Assembly (NCBI GenBank): GCA_965267575.1 | Contig: OZ254086.1 | Coordinates: 3,264,001 to 3,328,000, forward strand | From: Calditrichales bacterium | GTDB taxonomy: Bacteria; Calditrichota; Calditrichia; Calditrichales; J004 | Direction of reading: 5' to 3' | DNA length: 64,000 nucleotides | In this document: positions 30,585 through 41,535 of the stretch, piece after piece | Layout of the letters: every line of letters starts with the position of its first letter | Numbering within the stretch: the first letter of the stretch is position 1 | The notes under the pieces: generated by a model | The model's database searches: none | What the model was told of the DNA's origin: nothing | Seen by the model: only the letters and a program-made list of their open reading frames with translations | Made by a program: the position numbers and the translations under genes

Positions 30585-33227
30585 ATGGCTGCTGGTAAGA
30601 AATATAAGCTTTTTAAAATTTGCAAAGAACTCAATCTGGGTCATGAAACGATCATAAGTTTCCTTGAACAAAAGGGAATTAAGGTCGCCGGGCCCAATGC
30701 TTCTTTGTCCGAAGATGTATATCTGGACATTGTGGAGCGTTTTGCGACCGATAAGGAAAAGGCTGAGAGACTGCGTTCCCGCAGGGGTGAAGCGGCACCG
30801 GCCGAAGTGGCGACGGAAACCGAAGCCGCCGCAAAAGGTGAAGAGAAATCCTCTGCCTATATGAACGCTATCCGCAAGTCTATAGAAGACAAAGCGGAAG
30901 AGTTGTCCAAGCCGGAGAAAAAGAAGCCTGCTCCCAAGCCCGAAAAGCCGAAGCCGGTTGTTGAGAAAAGGGAAGAGAAACCGGAAGAGCCCACACCTGA
31001 GATAGCCGAAGAAAAGGCCGAACCGCCCAAGAAAGAAAAAGAACCTGCGCCGCTTACTCCGGAAGAAATTGCCGCACGCGAAATGCCTTTTGAAGAACCG
31101 CGAAAAGAGGTGAAAGAACAGGAAGCCGAGGCTGAGGAAGATCTAAAACAAAAAGGCAAGAAGAAAAAACCCAAGGAAAAGGGGGAAGAAGAGCAGCTTT
31201 CGGAAAAAGAACGCAAGAGGCTTAAGGCTCTTGAAATGATCCGCAAGGATGGCAAAAAACGTGCTGCTGCCAAGCCCGACCTGCGCGGTGGTGATGAAGA
31301 GGGCCAGTCCAGGCGCAAGAAGAAAAAATCCAGACGCCGCAATGTTGATATGAAGGAGGTTCAGGACAACGTTAAGAAAACCCTGGCTTCCATTGAAAGC
31401 AAAGGCCGAAAACCGAAAAAGACCAAAAAGATCAAGCAAAGCGAAACGGATGAAAGTCCGGAAGACAATGTAATTGAAGTTACCGAATTTATTTCGGCCA
31501 ACGACCTGGCCAGTTTGATTGATGTGCCGGTAGCTGAGATTATTGCCAAGTGTCTTGATCTTGGCCTGATGGTTTCCATAAACCAGCGGCTTGATATTGA
31601 TACCATAAGTTTGCTGGCCGATGAGTACGGCTACCAAATCAAAGAAAGCAAGGTGTCCGAATTTGTGGCGGATGAAGAAGAAGAGGTTGAAGATAAGCCG
31701 GAAGATCTGGAACCGCGTCCGCCCGTTGTTACGATCATGGGGCACGTTGACCATGGTAAGACATCGCTGCTTGATCATTTACGCCATTCGAATATCGTAG
31801 GCGGTGAAGCAGGCGGTATAACCCAGCACGTCGGTGCTTATGAAGTAGAATACAATGACAAGAAAATTACTTTTCTCGACACGCCGGGTCACGAAGCATT
31901 TACGGCCATGCGTGCCCGCGGTGCCCAGGTAACGGACATCGTTATTCTGGTTATTGCTGCTGATGACGCGGTGATGCCGCAGACGGATGAAGCGCTGGAC
32001 CACGCCAAGGCGGCCGGTGTTAAGATTGTTATCGCGATCAACAAAATAGATAAGCCCGGTGCCAATTCAGAGCGCATTCGTCAGCAACTTGCTGAAAGAA
32101 ATGTGCTTGTGGAAGATTGGGGCGGCCAATATCAGTGCGCGGAAATTTCCGCAAAAACCGGTAAAGGTATTCCGGAGTTGCTGGAAAAAGTACTTCTCGA
32201 ATCCGAGATGCTGGAGCTGAAAGCCAATCCCAGGCGTCCGGCAGGCGGGTTTGTGGTTGAGTCCCGGCTTGACCGCGGCAAAGGCCCGATTGCGACGGTG
32301 CTTGTACAAAACGGAACACTGGAAGTGGGCGACAGCTTTATCGCCGGACAACATTACGGCCGCGTACGGGCATTGCTGAATGAGCGTGAGGAAGCGCTTG
32401 AAAGTGTACGTCCCGGACAGCCGGCGCTTGTAACTGGTTTTATGGGTGTTCCACAGGCCGGCGACAAATTCCTGGTCAAAAAAGACGAACGCACGGTACG
32501 CGAGATCAGCTCGCGGCGCCAGCAGCTTAAGCGTGAACAGGATGCACGCAAAGTCAAACAGAAAACGCTGGCTTCGATTTCAGAGAAAATCAAGGCAGGT
32601 GAGGTACAGGAACTTAATATCCTGGTGAAGGCTGACGTGGACGGCTCTGCCGAGGCACTGGCTGATGCGTTGATTAAGCTGAATACTGAAGAAGTAGCTG
32701 TGAACGTGGTGCGAAAAGCCGTAGGGCCTATTTCCGAAAGCGACGTTCTGCTTGCCGCAGCCTCCGAAGCCGTGATCATCGGTTTCCATGTACGCGCCAA
32801 CCCCAAAGCCAAGGAGCTGGCGGAAAAAGAGGAAGTGGATATCCATAATTATCGTGTCGTATATGATGCGATCAACGATGTGAAAATGGCCCTGGAGGGG
32901 CTGCTGTCGCCGCATGAAGAAGAGGTCATACTCGGTCAGCTTGAAGTGCGCGAAACATTCAAAATATCACGGGTGGGTACCATCGCCGGTTGCTACGTTA
33001 CAAACGGAAAAGTAAACCGCAACAACAAGGTACGCATCATTCGTGATGACGTGGAGATTTACAATGGTAACCTGGCATCGTTGAAGCGTTTCAAAGATGA
33101 TGTCAAAGAAGTTGCCTCCGGCTTCGAATGCGGTATTCAGATTGAAAACTATAATGATCTCAAGGTTGGCGATATCATAGAATCCTATGAAATAGCCAAA
33201 ACCAAGAGGACTCTGGAAACAGCGTGA
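30585..33227 (+). CDS. infB: Translation initiation factor IF-2
   Basis: [27 protein letters not shown]. Confidence 0.98.
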   Translation: MAAGKKYKLFKICKELNLGHETIISFLEQKGIKVAGPNASLSEDVYLDIVERFATDKEKAERLRSRRGEAAPAEVATETEAAAKGEEKSSAYMNAIRKSIEDKAEELSKPEKKKPAPKPEKPKPVVEKREEKPEEPTPEIAEEKAEPPKKEKEPAPLTPEEIAAREMPFEEPRKEVKEQEAEAEEDLKQKGKKKKPKEKGEEEQLSEKERKRLKALEMIRKDGKKRAAAKPDLRGGDEEGQSRRKKKKSRRRNVDMKEVQDNVKKTLASIESKGRKPKKTKKIKQSETDESPEDNVIEVTEFISANDLASLIDVPVAEIIAKCLDLGLMVSINQRLDIDTISLLADEYGYQIKESKVSEFVADEEEEVEDKPEDLEPRPPVVTIMGHVDHGKTSLLDHLRHSNIVGGEAGGITQHVGAYEVEYNDKKITFLDTPGHEAFTAMRARGAQVTDIVILVIAADDAVMPQTDEALDHAKAAGVKIVIAINKIDKPGANSERIRQQLAERNVLVEDWGGQYQCAEISAKTGKGIPELLEKVLLESEMLELKANPRRPAGGFVVESRLDRGKGPIATVLVQNGTLEVGDSFIAGQHYGRVRALLNEREEALESVRPGQPALVTGFMGVPQAGDKFLVKKDERTVREISSRRQQLKREQDARKVKQKTLASISEKIKAGEVQELNILVKADVDGSAEALADALIKLNTEEVAVNVVRKAVGPISESDVLLAAASEAVIIGFHVRANPKAKELAEKEEVDIHNYRVVYDAINDVKMALEGLLSPHEEEVILGQLEVRETFKISRVGTIAGCYVTNGKVNRNNKVRIIRDDVEIYNGNLASLKRFKDDVKEVASGFECGIQIENYNDLKVGDIIESYEIAKTKRTLETA

Positions 33228-33505
33228 TCGTAGGTGTCCTGAGCGTTGAACTTTTTATCCCCGCGTGTCAGTCTTTAAAAGAAAAGCGCATGGTTTTGCG
33301 CTCTATCAAAGACAGATCGCGCAAGAAATTCAACGTATCGGTTGCCGAAGTGGATTTCCAGGACAAATGGCAAAGGGCATTGCTGGCTTTTGCCGTGGTT
33401 TCGGGCTCAAGGGGGAAAGCTGAAGAGATGCTCACGAACATATTCCGTGTCCTGGATGAAGACTACAGCGTGGAAATAACGCGCTATGAATACGAATACA
33501 AGTAA
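33224..33505 (+). CDS. DUF503 / YlxP family protein
   Basis: SLKEKR, FNVSVAEV, QDKWQR; lies between infB and rbfA. Confidence 0.9.
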   Translation: MIVGVLSVELFIPACQSLKEKRMVLRSIKDRSRKKFNVSVAEVDFQDKWQRALLAFAVVSGSRGKAEEMLTNIFRVLDEDYSVEITRYEYEYK

Positions 33506-33513
33506 AGGAAAAA

Positions 33514-33882
33514 ATGGCAGCAACACGCCGCCGCGAGCGGGTAGCCGCTCTTCTAAAAAAAGAAATAAGCATCATTATCGACCAAAAGTTGAAAGATCCG
33601 GCCAAGGGTTTTCCGACGGTCAACAAAGTGCGCGTATCCCCGGATTTGCGCGTGGCCGATATCTATTATTCGGTCCTTGGTGATGATGAGCAGCGCGAAA
33701 AAACGCAGCAGGTTTTAAAACATTCAACCGGTTTTATAAAGAATGAATTAAAGCCCTTTTTAAAAACGCGGGTAATGCCCGATTTGCGTTTTCATTACGA
33801 CGACTCACTGGAATACGCTGATAAGATTAACAGGCTCTTTGACAAAATACATGACTCTGCCGATCCTGACTCGGAAAAGTGA
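33514..33882 (+). CDS. rbfA: Ribosome-binding factor A
   Basis: KDP, VSPDL, P.LRF..D.S; synteny. Confidence 0.95.
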   Translation: MAATRRRERVAALLKKEISIIIDQKLKDPAKGFPTVNKVRVSPDLRVADIYYSVLGDDEQREKTQQVLKHSTGFIKNELKPFLKTRVMPDLRFHYDDSLEYADKINRLFDKIHDSADPDSEK

Positions 33883-33910
33883 ATTCGTTGACCGGTCGTC
33901 TGACGGCTTT

Positions 33911-34564
33911 ATGCTGCTTATTGACAAACCTGCCGATTGGACATCATTTGATGTGTGCAATAAAATTCGGCGCATGGTTGGCGCAAAAAAAGTGGGGCAT
34001 GGCGGAACGCTGGATCCTTTTGCGACAGGGCTGCTTGTCCTGGGTATCGGGAAAGGGACAAAGCAGTTGCAGTCAATTGCCGGGCAGGAAAAGAGTTACG
34101 ACGCTACCATCCGTTTTGGGGTGGCCACGGATTCTTTTGACAGGACCGGGAACGTTGTTTTCGAAAAGGAAAATGACAAATGGCCAACCCGCGAAAAGGT
34201 TGAAGCGGCCCTGTCGGAGATGACAGGATCTTTAATGCAGATCCCGCCGATGTTCAGTGCGAAAAAGGTAGGCGGAAAAAGGCTGTACAAGTTGGCACGC
34301 CAAGGGCAGGAAATCGCAAGGGAAGCGGTTGCCATTGAGGTGTTCAGCGCGCGGTTGGAAGCATATGATGCGCCCCTTTTGCGGATAAAGCTTCGTGTTT
34401 CCAAGGGAACCTATATTCGTTCCTATGCCGTGGATCTGGCTGCCAAACTGGATGAAGCCGCGGTATTGGATGAATTGCGGCGTTTGTCCGTTGGGCCCTA
34501 CGATATAAGTGACGCATTTACAATCGAAGAATTTGAAGAGCGCTGGAAGGCAGTGGCGCACTAA
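33911..34564 (+). CDS. truB: tRNA pseudouridine(55) synthase (start uncertain)
   Basis: DKP..TS, GHGGTLDPFATG, PPMFSA, KGTYIRS. Confidence 0.93.
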   Translation: MLLIDKPADWTSFDVCNKIRRMVGAKKVGHGGTLDPFATGLLVLGIGKGTKQLQSIAGQEKSYDATIRFGVATDSFDRTGNVVFEKENDKWPTREKVEAALSEMTGSLMQIPPMFSAKKVGGKRLYKLARQGQEIAREAVAIEVFSARLEAYDAPLLRIKLRVSKGTYIRSYAVDLAAKLDEAAVLDELRRLSVGPYDISDAFTIEEFEERWKAVAH

Positions 34565-35487
34565 TGGAAATATTGAACGACCCCGCAAAAGTGATAGACG
34601 GAAAAGGAAGTGCCGTAACTATCGGGACCTACGATGGTGTGCATCTGGGGCATAAGGCCATTATCGATCGTTTGAAAGCCGTGGCGGAGGTTAAGGGTTT
34701 GTCCAGCACGGTCATCACGTTTGAGCCGCATCCCAGGAACGTTCTGGCGGCCAAAGAAGATTTCAAAGTACCGCTACTTTCCGATGCGCAGGAAAAAGCG
34801 GAATTGCTGGAAGAGCAGGGTGTTGAACGACTGGTCATTATAACTTTTGATGAACGCTTCGCGGAGATAGATTATAAGACATTCTTATATGAAACTCTGC
34901 TGCAAAAATTGAAAATGGGAGCGTTGATTATTGGTTATAACCACACGTTTGGAAAAGATCGCAAAGGGAATTACGAAAGCTTGAAACCTTTCTCTGAAAA
35001 AGAAGACTTTTATCTCGAAAAGGTGGAACCGTTGTTTACTAAAGGCGAGAAGATAAGCAGCACGCAAACCCGCGTTTATCTGAACAACGGCGATGTCGAA
35101 AACGCTGCCAAAATGCTGGGACGCCGCTATTCGCTGCGTGGTACCGTTGTTAAAGGTGACGGACGCGGCAAAGAGCTTTCTTTTCCCACCGCCAATATTT
35201 CCATTTCCAACAGAGAAAAACTGGTGCCGGCACACGGCGTATATGCCGTTGATGTGGATGTGGATACGGAGCAGTTTAAGGGGATGATGAATATAGGCGA
35301 AAGGCCGACATTTAAGGATAGCATGCCGGCCCTTGAAACTCATATTTTCGGCCTGGATCATGATATTTATGAAAAAACGATTCGTGTATATTTTAAAAAA
35401 CGCCTGCGCGATGAAAAGAAATTTGATTCGCCTGAGGCATTGAAAAAGCAATTAAAAAAAGACAAAGAAAAAAGTTTAAGCCTTTAA
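34564..35487 (+). CDS. ribF: Riboflavin kinase / FAD synthetase
   Basis: DGVHLGH, ISST, FPTAN, GVYA, ETH. Confidence 0.95.
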   Translation: MEILNDPAKVIDGKGSAVTIGTYDGVHLGHKAIIDRLKAVAEVKGLSSTVITFEPHPRNVLAAKEDFKVPLLSDAQEKAELLEEQGVERLVIITFDERFAEIDYKTFLYETLLQKLKMGALIIGYNHTFGKDRKGNYESLKPFSEKEDFYLEKVEPLFTKGEKISSTQTRVYLNNGDVENAAKMLGRRYSLRGTVVKGDGRGKELSFPTANISISNREKLVPAHGVYAVDVDVDTEQFKGMMNIGERPTFKDSMPALETHIFGLDHDIYEKTIRVYFKKRLRDEKKFDSPEALKKQLKKDKEKSLSL

Positions 35488-35501
35488 TACCTGGAGGAAA
35501 A

Positions 35502-35771
35502 ATGGCCTTAACACTCGAAGAAAAACAGAATCTCATTAAGAAGCACGGTGAGAACGAAAAAGACTCCGGAAAAGCGGAAGTACAGATTGCTATTCTTTCG
35601 GAGCGCATTAATTACCTCACCGAGCATCTGAAGACACACAAAAAAGACCATCACAGTCGTCGTGGTCTGTTAAAGCTGGTTGGTCAACGTCGTCGTATGT
35701 TGAATTACCTTATGAAAAAAGACATCGAGCGTTACCGCGCTTTAATTAAAGAACTGGGTATCCGTCGATAG
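35502..35771 (+). CDS. rpsO: 30S ribosomal protein S15
   Basis: [20 protein letters not shown]. Confidence 0.98.
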   Translation: MALTLEEKQNLIKKHGENEKDSGKAEVQIAILSERINYLTEHLKTHKKDHHSRRGLLKLVGQRRRMLNYLMKKDIERYRALIKELGIRR

Positions 35772-35795
35772 AAACGGATATATTGGAGGAACAAA

Positions 35796-37892
35796 GTGAT
35801 CGTAAGAAAAACAATAGAAATCAACGGAAAAACCCTGATACTGGAAACAGGCAAGATGGCCAAGCAGGCCAACGGCGCTGTTCTGGTTACCTATGGTGAT
35901 ACCAGCGTTTTGGTAACGGCGGTGGCAGCGGAAGAGCGCAACGAGAACGTGGATTTCTTTCCGCTGACCGTCGAATACAGGGAAAAGTTTTATTCCACGG
36001 GACGCATCCCCGGCGGCTTCATCAAGCGTGAAGGCAGGCCTTCGGAGAAGGAGATACTTTCCGCGCGCCTGATTGACCGGCCGATTCGTCCGTTATTTCC
36101 GGATGATTTCCAAAATGAAACACAGATCATCGCCAATGTGCTATCGATGGACCGAGAGCATGATGCCGATGTGCTGGCCGGGTTAGGTTCTTCAGCCGCG
36201 CTGGGTTTATCTGATATCCCGTTTGATGGCATAATCGCTACCGTGCGCATTGCCCGCGTAAACGGCGAATTGATCGTTTATCCCACCCTTTCCCAGGTAG
36301 AACAATCCGACATCGAGCTTGTTGTTGCCGGCTCTGAGGAATCTATCATGATGGTAGAGGGACAGGCTAATCAGGTTCCCGAATCAGACCTGCTGAATGT
36401 AATCAACACCGCGCACGATTCAATTAAGAAACTTTGCGCATTGCAAAAAGAGCTTTTCGAAGGCGTTGCCCAGCAAAAGCGTGAGGTGATTGCCAAAGAG
36501 GTCCCTGAAGGCCTGAGCGAAAAGGTTGCCTCAATCGTGACGGATGGTATTCTTCAGGGTATTCGCATCCAGGAGAAAAAAAGCCGCCGCAAAGCGATAA
36601 AGGAAACGGTTAATAAAGCGATTGAAGAGCTGCAGGAAGAGTTTCCCGAAAGCGAAAAAATGATAAAGAGCATCTGCGGAAAGATCGAAAAAGAAGCTGT
36701 ACGCAAGATGGTCCTGGACGAATCGGTACGCCTCGATGGGCGCGGTTTGGATGAAATTCGTCCCATCTCTTGTGAAATAGGGATAATGCCGCGCACACAC
36801 GGCTCCGCGCTTTTTACACGCGGCCAGACACAATCGCTGGGAATTATAACGCTTGGTAGCAAAGGCGATGAGCAGATTGTAGACAGCATTGAAGGTGAAT
36901 CCAAAAAGAACTATATGCTGCACTACAACTTCCCGCCTTTCTCTACGGGAGAAGCCAAGCCTATCCGCGGGGTAAGTCGCCGCGAGGTGGGACACGGCAA
37001 TCTCGCGGAACGCGCTTTAAAGCCTGTTATCCCTGAAGAATCTTTCCCTTATACCATCCGCATTGTTTCGGAAATCCTTGAATCCAACGGGTCGTCATCA
37101 ATGGCCACTGTTTGTTCAGGTTCTCTGGCGCTGATGGATGCCGGTGTGCCGGTTACCGGAGCAGTAGCCGGTATTGCCATGGGGCTGATCAAAGATGATG
37201 ATAAAGTGGCTGTTCTGTCCGATATCCTTGGTGATGAAGATGCCCTGGGTGATATGGACTTTAAAGTCGCCGGAACGAAAAACGGCATTACCGCCGTGCA
37301 GATGGATATCAAAATCAGTGGTATTTCGAGCGAGCTCATGGAACGTGCGCTAAACCAGGCACGCGAAGGACGCCTGCACATAATGTCAGAAATGGACAAG
37401 GCCATCGCCGAAGCGCGCGCCGAGATGAGCCCGTATGCGCCGAAGATCTTCGATTTCAAGATCCCGGTTGATAAAATCGGTACGGTTATCGGACCGGGCG
37501 GTAAAACGATCCGCGGCATCATTGAGCAAACCGACGTTGAAATCAACATTGAAGAGGACGGCACCGTTGTGATCGCTTCTTCGGATTCTGCGGCGGCTGA
37601 AAAGGCCCGCGGCATTATCGAGCGCCTTGTGGAAGAGCCGGTAGTCGGCAAAGCCTATAAGGGCAAGGTAAAAAGAATTCGTGATTTTGGCGCTTTTGTT
37701 GAATTTCTGCCGGGCAAGGACGGTATGGTACATATCTCCGAGCTGGATACGAATCGCACGGCCAAGGTAACGGATATCGTTAAAGAAGGTGACGATATTG
37801 ATGTGGTTGTTAAAAGCATCGCGCCCGATGGCAAGATCGCTTTGAGCCGCAAAATGTACCTGTTGCAACAACAAGAAAAAGAAAATAAATAA
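35796..37892 (+). CDS. pnp: Polyribonucleotide nucleotidyltransferase
   Basis: FFPLTV, GFIKREG, RGQTQ, SNGSSSMA, GDMDFK; KH and S1 domains. Confidence 0.98.
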   Translation: MIVRKTIEINGKTLILETGKMAKQANGAVLVTYGDTSVLVTAVAAEERNENVDFFPLTVEYREKFYSTGRIPGGFIKREGRPSEKEILSARLIDRPIRPLFPDDFQNETQIIANVLSMDREHDADVLAGLGSSAALGLSDIPFDGIIATVRIARVNGELIVYPTLSQVEQSDIELVVAGSEESIMMVEGQANQVPESDLLNVINTAHDSIKKLCALQKELFEGVAQQKREVIAKEVPEGLSEKVASIVTDGILQGIRIQEKKSRRKAIKETVNKAIEELQEEFPESEKMIKSICGKIEKEAVRKMVLDESVRLDGRGLDEIRPISCEIGIMPRTHGSALFTRGQTQSLGIITLGSKGDEQIVDSIEGESKKNYMLHYNFPPFSTGEAKPIRGVSRREVGHGNLAERALKPVIPEESFPYTIRIVSEILESNGSSSMATVCSGSLALMDAGVPVTGAVAGIAMGLIKDDDKVAVLSDILGDEDALGDMDFKVAGTKNGITAVQMDIKISGISSELMERALNQAREGRLHIMSEMDKAIAEARAEMSPYAPKIFDFKIPVDKIGTVIGPGGKTIRGIIEQTDVEINIEEDGTVVIASSDSAAAEKARGIIERLVEEPVVGKAYKGKVKRIRDFGAFVEFLPGKDGMVHISELDTNRTAKVTDIVKEGDDIDVVVKSIAPDGKIALSRKMYLLQQQEKENK

Positions 37893-39146
37893 ATGACACA
37901 AACGGCTGGCTCAAATTCCACCGTTAATAAAACGGTTCTTGAGAATGGCCTGACAGTAATTAGTGAAAAAATCCCCGCCTACCGCTCCATAGCAGTAGGC
38001 GTTTGGGTTAAAAGCGGCAGCCGCTCCGAATCGGAGCGGGAGAAGGGCATCGCGCATTTTATTGAACACATGGTGTTTCGCGGGACCAAAAAGCGCAGTG
38101 CCCTGACCATTGCCCGCAGCCTCGAAGAGCTGGGAGGAAATCTTAACGCCTTTACAGCCAAAGAGGAGACCTGCTTCTACGTCCACACGCTCGATTCCCA
38201 CCTGCGTATCAGCATCAATGTCCTGGCGGACATGGTCTGCAATCCGTTGTTTCGCGAAAAAGATATCCTTAAGGAAAAGCAGGTTGTTCTTGAAGAGATC
38301 AATGCCGTAAAGGATACGCCGGAAGAGTATGTTTTTGACCTTTTTCAGGAGCAGCTTTTCCCACGGCAAGGGCTTGGCTATCCGATTCTCGGCGAAGCGG
38401 AAACTATCCGGCAGTTTGACCAGGAGACGCTGCGTGCTTACTGGCAAAAATATTTTCAGCCGCAAAATCTGATCGTGGCTGCCGCCGGCAATGTTACGCA
38501 TGAGACGCTTGTAAAAATGGTAAGCAGGCATTTTTCGTTTCCGGCCACAGATAAAGAAGCGGCAATGCCGGAAGCGGCGCGGGCCGCAAAAAACGTGCAT
38601 TTCAACCTTCCACAGGCTCTAAACCAAACACATATTTGTATGGGCACTGAAGTCGCCTCTTACCGCGATCCGCGGCGTTTTGATTTGGTGGCGATCAACA
38701 CCTACCTTGGCGGTGGCATGAGCTCACGGCTTTTTCAGGCAATCCGCGAAAAGCAGGGCCTGGCCTATACGGTTTATTCATTTCTTGATTTTTACCGTGA
38801 TACGGGCGTGCTTGGTTTTTATCTCGGCACGGACACGCGCAACGAAGCAAAAGCCCGTTCAAGGCTGGTTGATGAACTTAAGCGTCTTTTGGACAAACGT
38901 TTATCTGAAAAAACTGTGGCTAAAATCAAAGAGCAGATAAAAGGCGCTACTATTTTGTCTTTGGAAAGCAGCTTAAGGCGCATGACGCGTCTTGCAAAAA
39001 ATGAAATAAATTTCGGGCGTTTTATCTCTCTGGATGAAATGATGCAATCCATGGACGCCATTAATCCGGATTCCATGTTCTCAGCCGCCCGTGATTTTGT
39101 GAAAACCGATGATCTTTCTTCTGTCATACTCAGCCCGGCGGGATAA
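37893..39146 (+). CDS. M16-family zinc peptidase
   Basis: HFIEH (HxxEH), NAFT, GGGMSSRLF..IRE..GLAY. Confidence 0.92.
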   Translation: MTQTAGSNSTVNKTVLENGLTVISEKIPAYRSIAVGVWVKSGSRSESEREKGIAHFIEHMVFRGTKKRSALTIARSLEELGGNLNAFTAKEETCFYVHTLDSHLRISINVLADMVCNPLFREKDILKEKQVVLEEINAVKDTPEEYVFDLFQEQLFPRQGLGYPILGEAETIRQFDQETLRAYWQKYFQPQNLIVAAAGNVTHETLVKMVSRHFSFPATDKEAAMPEAARAAKNVHFNLPQALNQTHICMGTEVASYRDPRRFDLVAINTYLGGGMSSRLFQAIREKQGLAYTVYSFLDFYRDTGVLGFYLGTDTRNEAKARSRLVDELKRLLDKRLSEKTVAKIKEQIKGATILSLESSLRRMTRLAKNEINFGRFISLDEMMQSMDAINPDSMFSAARDFVKTDDLSSVILSPAG

Positions 39147-40274
39147 ATGCTCAAGATTGGTGTACTAAAAGAAATCCGGAATTCGGAGGGACGCGTTGGC
39201 CTGAGTCCGGATGGCGTAAGAAAACTGACTGCCGACGGCATAAAGGTTTTTGTGGAAGGCAGTGCCGGAGAAAATTGCAATTTTAGTGATGACCATTACG
39301 AAGATGCCGGCGCCGAAATTGTTCCGACGCCGGAAAAACTTGTCGAAGAAACAAATCTTATTGTAAAAATTCAACCTCCCTCCCCGGTTGAATCAGAGTT
39401 GCTTACAGACCAGCACATTGTTTTTTCTTTTCTGAATCTTCCCCACAATAACGACCGCATTAAGGCGCACCTGGCAACCAACTCGGCTTATTTTGGTATG
39501 GAATACCTTGAAGACGCCGGCGGTAACCTGCCTGTAATGGAATCGATGAGTGAGATTGCCGGGCGCATGGCTATTCACATCGGCGCGTGGCTGATGAGTG
39601 TGCCCAATGGCGGAAAAGGCATTTTACTCTCCGGAACAGATACGGTGCAGCCGGCCAATATAACTATTTTAGGATCCGGTGTTGTAGGCCGCGTAGCCGC
39701 AATACAGGCCTGGACCAATGGAGCAAACGTAAATCTGGTATCAGTCAAAAAAGACCTTACGGAAGATAACAAGCTTATCCGTGACGGTCTGATGATTCAG
39801 CCGTACAGTGAGGACGCAATGGCCGAGCTGTTAAAGGAAACAGACATATTTATTGTCGCCCTTTATTCTATGGATCAGGAACATCGCTCCATTCGTATTT
39901 CAAAAAGCATGATTGCCGATATGGCACCGGGCAGCCTGGTCATGGACCTGTCGGTGGAGCAGAATACGGTCGTTGAAACCTCCCACGTGACCAGCCTGAG
40001 CCAGCCGGCGTATAGTGTGGATAAGGTTCTTCATTATTGTGTTCCTAATATCGCGGCTTCCGTACCTCTTACGGCCAGTAAGCTCTACTCGCGCAAAGTA
40101 GTTCCCTATGTAAAACTACTTGCTAAAAGCGGCCTGAAAACCACTCTTGATAAATCTCCCGAATTGCTTTCTGCACTGGCAGCTTACAAGGGCAAAGTAA
40201 CCAACCGCAAAGTGGCGGATCTGTATGGTTACAAATTTTACAATATCTTTGATCTGCTGGAGCATAATTTGTAG
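39147..40274 (+). CDS. Alanine dehydrogenase-like protein with atypical active site
   Basis: KEI..E.RV, MSEIAGR, GKGILL, GSGVVG, HYCVPN; catalytic K/H positions substituted. Confidence 0.8.
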   Translation: MLKIGVLKEIRNSEGRVGLSPDGVRKLTADGIKVFVEGSAGENCNFSDDHYEDAGAEIVPTPEKLVEETNLIVKIQPPSPVESELLTDQHIVFSFLNLPHNNDRIKAHLATNSAYFGMEYLEDAGGNLPVMESMSEIAGRMAIHIGAWLMSVPNGGKGILLSGTDTVQPANITILGSGVVGRVAAIQAWTNGANVNLVSVKKDLTEDNKLIRDGLMIQPYSEDAMAELLKETDIFIVALYSMDQEHRSIRISKSMIADMAPGSLVMDLSVEQNTVVETSHVTSLSQPAYSVDKVLHYCVPNIAASVPLTASKLYSRKVVPYVKLLAKSGLKTTLDKSPELLSALAAYKGKVTNRKVADLYGYKFYNIFDLLEHNL

Positions 40275-40276
40275 AG

Positions 40277-41077
40277 ATGCGGATGAAGCTACCGGTTATT
40301 CTTAACTACCACAAAATTGAACATACCTCGGATATTGGCATAACCGCCCGCCGCCCCGAAGATTTTCGAAACGATTTGCGTTTACTCCAAAAAAAAGGAT
40401 ATGAGACGTTTGATTTTTCCAGGCTGGCCGCAAAGGACCTGCCTGAAAACGGCCTGATCATTACATTCGATGACGCCTATCAATCCTTTTATACAAACGC
40501 TTTGCCATCTTTAAATGAGCTGGATATGAAGGCCGTCGTTTATGTTCCCACGGCCTATATCGGTCTCGATAACGATTGGGATGTTCAGGCCGGAACAAGA
40601 CGCTATCGTCATATGACGGAAGGCGAACTGCGTGAAATCGCGGCGGCCGGACATGAACTGGGCTCGCATGCGCATACGCACCGCTTTCTGAATGCGTTTA
40701 ATGACCGTGAGCTGGAGTGGGAATTACGGGAAAGCGCCGCCATCATAGAAGGCATCACGGGAGTGAAGCCCGTATCGATAAGCTATCCGTTTGGCAAGGC
40801 CAGCAGCAGGGTTGAGGAAATAGCCGCGCGCTTTTATCAATTTGGTGTAAAGACGCTGGTGCGACCGCACAACGGTGTGAGTGTTAATATGGCCTTGCCG
40901 CGTATCAACGTCTACAGGTTTGACAGCGCCGAAACAATAATGGCTAAACTCGATTTGGCGCGGCACAGGTGGCTCTATTTACGAGACCGGCTTATCGGGC
41001 TTGGCGCCTGGGCCACCATTGGTTTGCAATATGTAAAAAAAAGACAATCTAAAAAGATTTATGAGTTCACCGGTTAA
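40277..41077 (+). CDS. Polysaccharide deacetylase (CE4/NodB)
   Basis: YH, TFDDA, GSHAHTH, SYPFG, LPR. Confidence 0.88.
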   Translation: MRMKLPVILNYHKIEHTSDIGITARRPEDFRNDLRLLQKKGYETFDFSRLAAKDLPENGLIITFDDAYQSFYTNALPSLNELDMKAVVYVPTAYIGLDNDWDVQAGTRRYRHMTEGELREIAAAGHELGSHAHTHRFLNAFNDRELEWELRESAAIIEGITGVKPVSISYPFGKASSRVEEIAARFYQFGVKTLVRPHNGVSVNMALPRINVYRFDSAETIMAKLDLARHRWLYLRDRLIGLGAWATIGLQYVKKRQSKKIYEFTG

Positions 41078-41447
41078 GCGCTGGCTGCCTTTTGCCGGCC
41101 TGATTACAATAGCATTTGTCTCTTTTGGTTTTTTGCTGTTTTCTGGCAGCGAAGACGCGTACAGGCCGCAAACGGACGACCCGGCCAGAATTTACCGTGA
41201 AGCCTGCCGGCACTGTCACGGTCCCCGCGGTGAGGGCACGGGTCTGCTATATCCGGCTTTTGATCATGCCGATATGGACATTGAAACAATCAAAAAAAAG
41301 ATAGCCGAAGGGGCGCTTTTAATGCCCGCTTTCATCCATATCCGTCAGGATACGCTTGAAATACTGGCACGTTATATAGAAGCAGAGGGCTATAAGGAGC
41401 CCGGTTATAAGAAAAATCCTTCAACAAAAAAACCAAATTTCGAATAG
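41061..41447 (+). CDS. Membrane-anchored monoheme cytochrome c
   Basis: N-terminal TM, CRHCH heme motif, distal MPAF. Confidence 0.8.
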   Translation: MSSPVKRWLPFAGLITIAFVSFGFLLFSGSEDAYRPQTDDPARIYREACRHCHGPRGEGTGLLYPAFDHADMDIETIKKKIAEGALLMPAFIHIRQDTLEILARYIEAEGYKEPGYKKNPSTKKPNFE

Positions 41448-41535
41448 TTTTTTCGGTTTTCCGGATGATAGGTAAAAAAGAGAGCTGCCGGGTCGTAAAT
41501 AGAAAAAACAGTCAAGGACGTGGAGCGAAACAGCG

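Noticed and set aside
30780..31460. Lys/Glu/Pro-rich repetitive sequence
   Set aside because: Normal variable N-terminal region of IF-2
33879..34223. GTG overlapping the rbfA stop, suggesting a frameshifted truB N-terminus
   Set aside because: The in-frame ATG at 33911 (MLLIDKP) gives a complete TruB; no slippery site seen; the alternative frame is not protein-like
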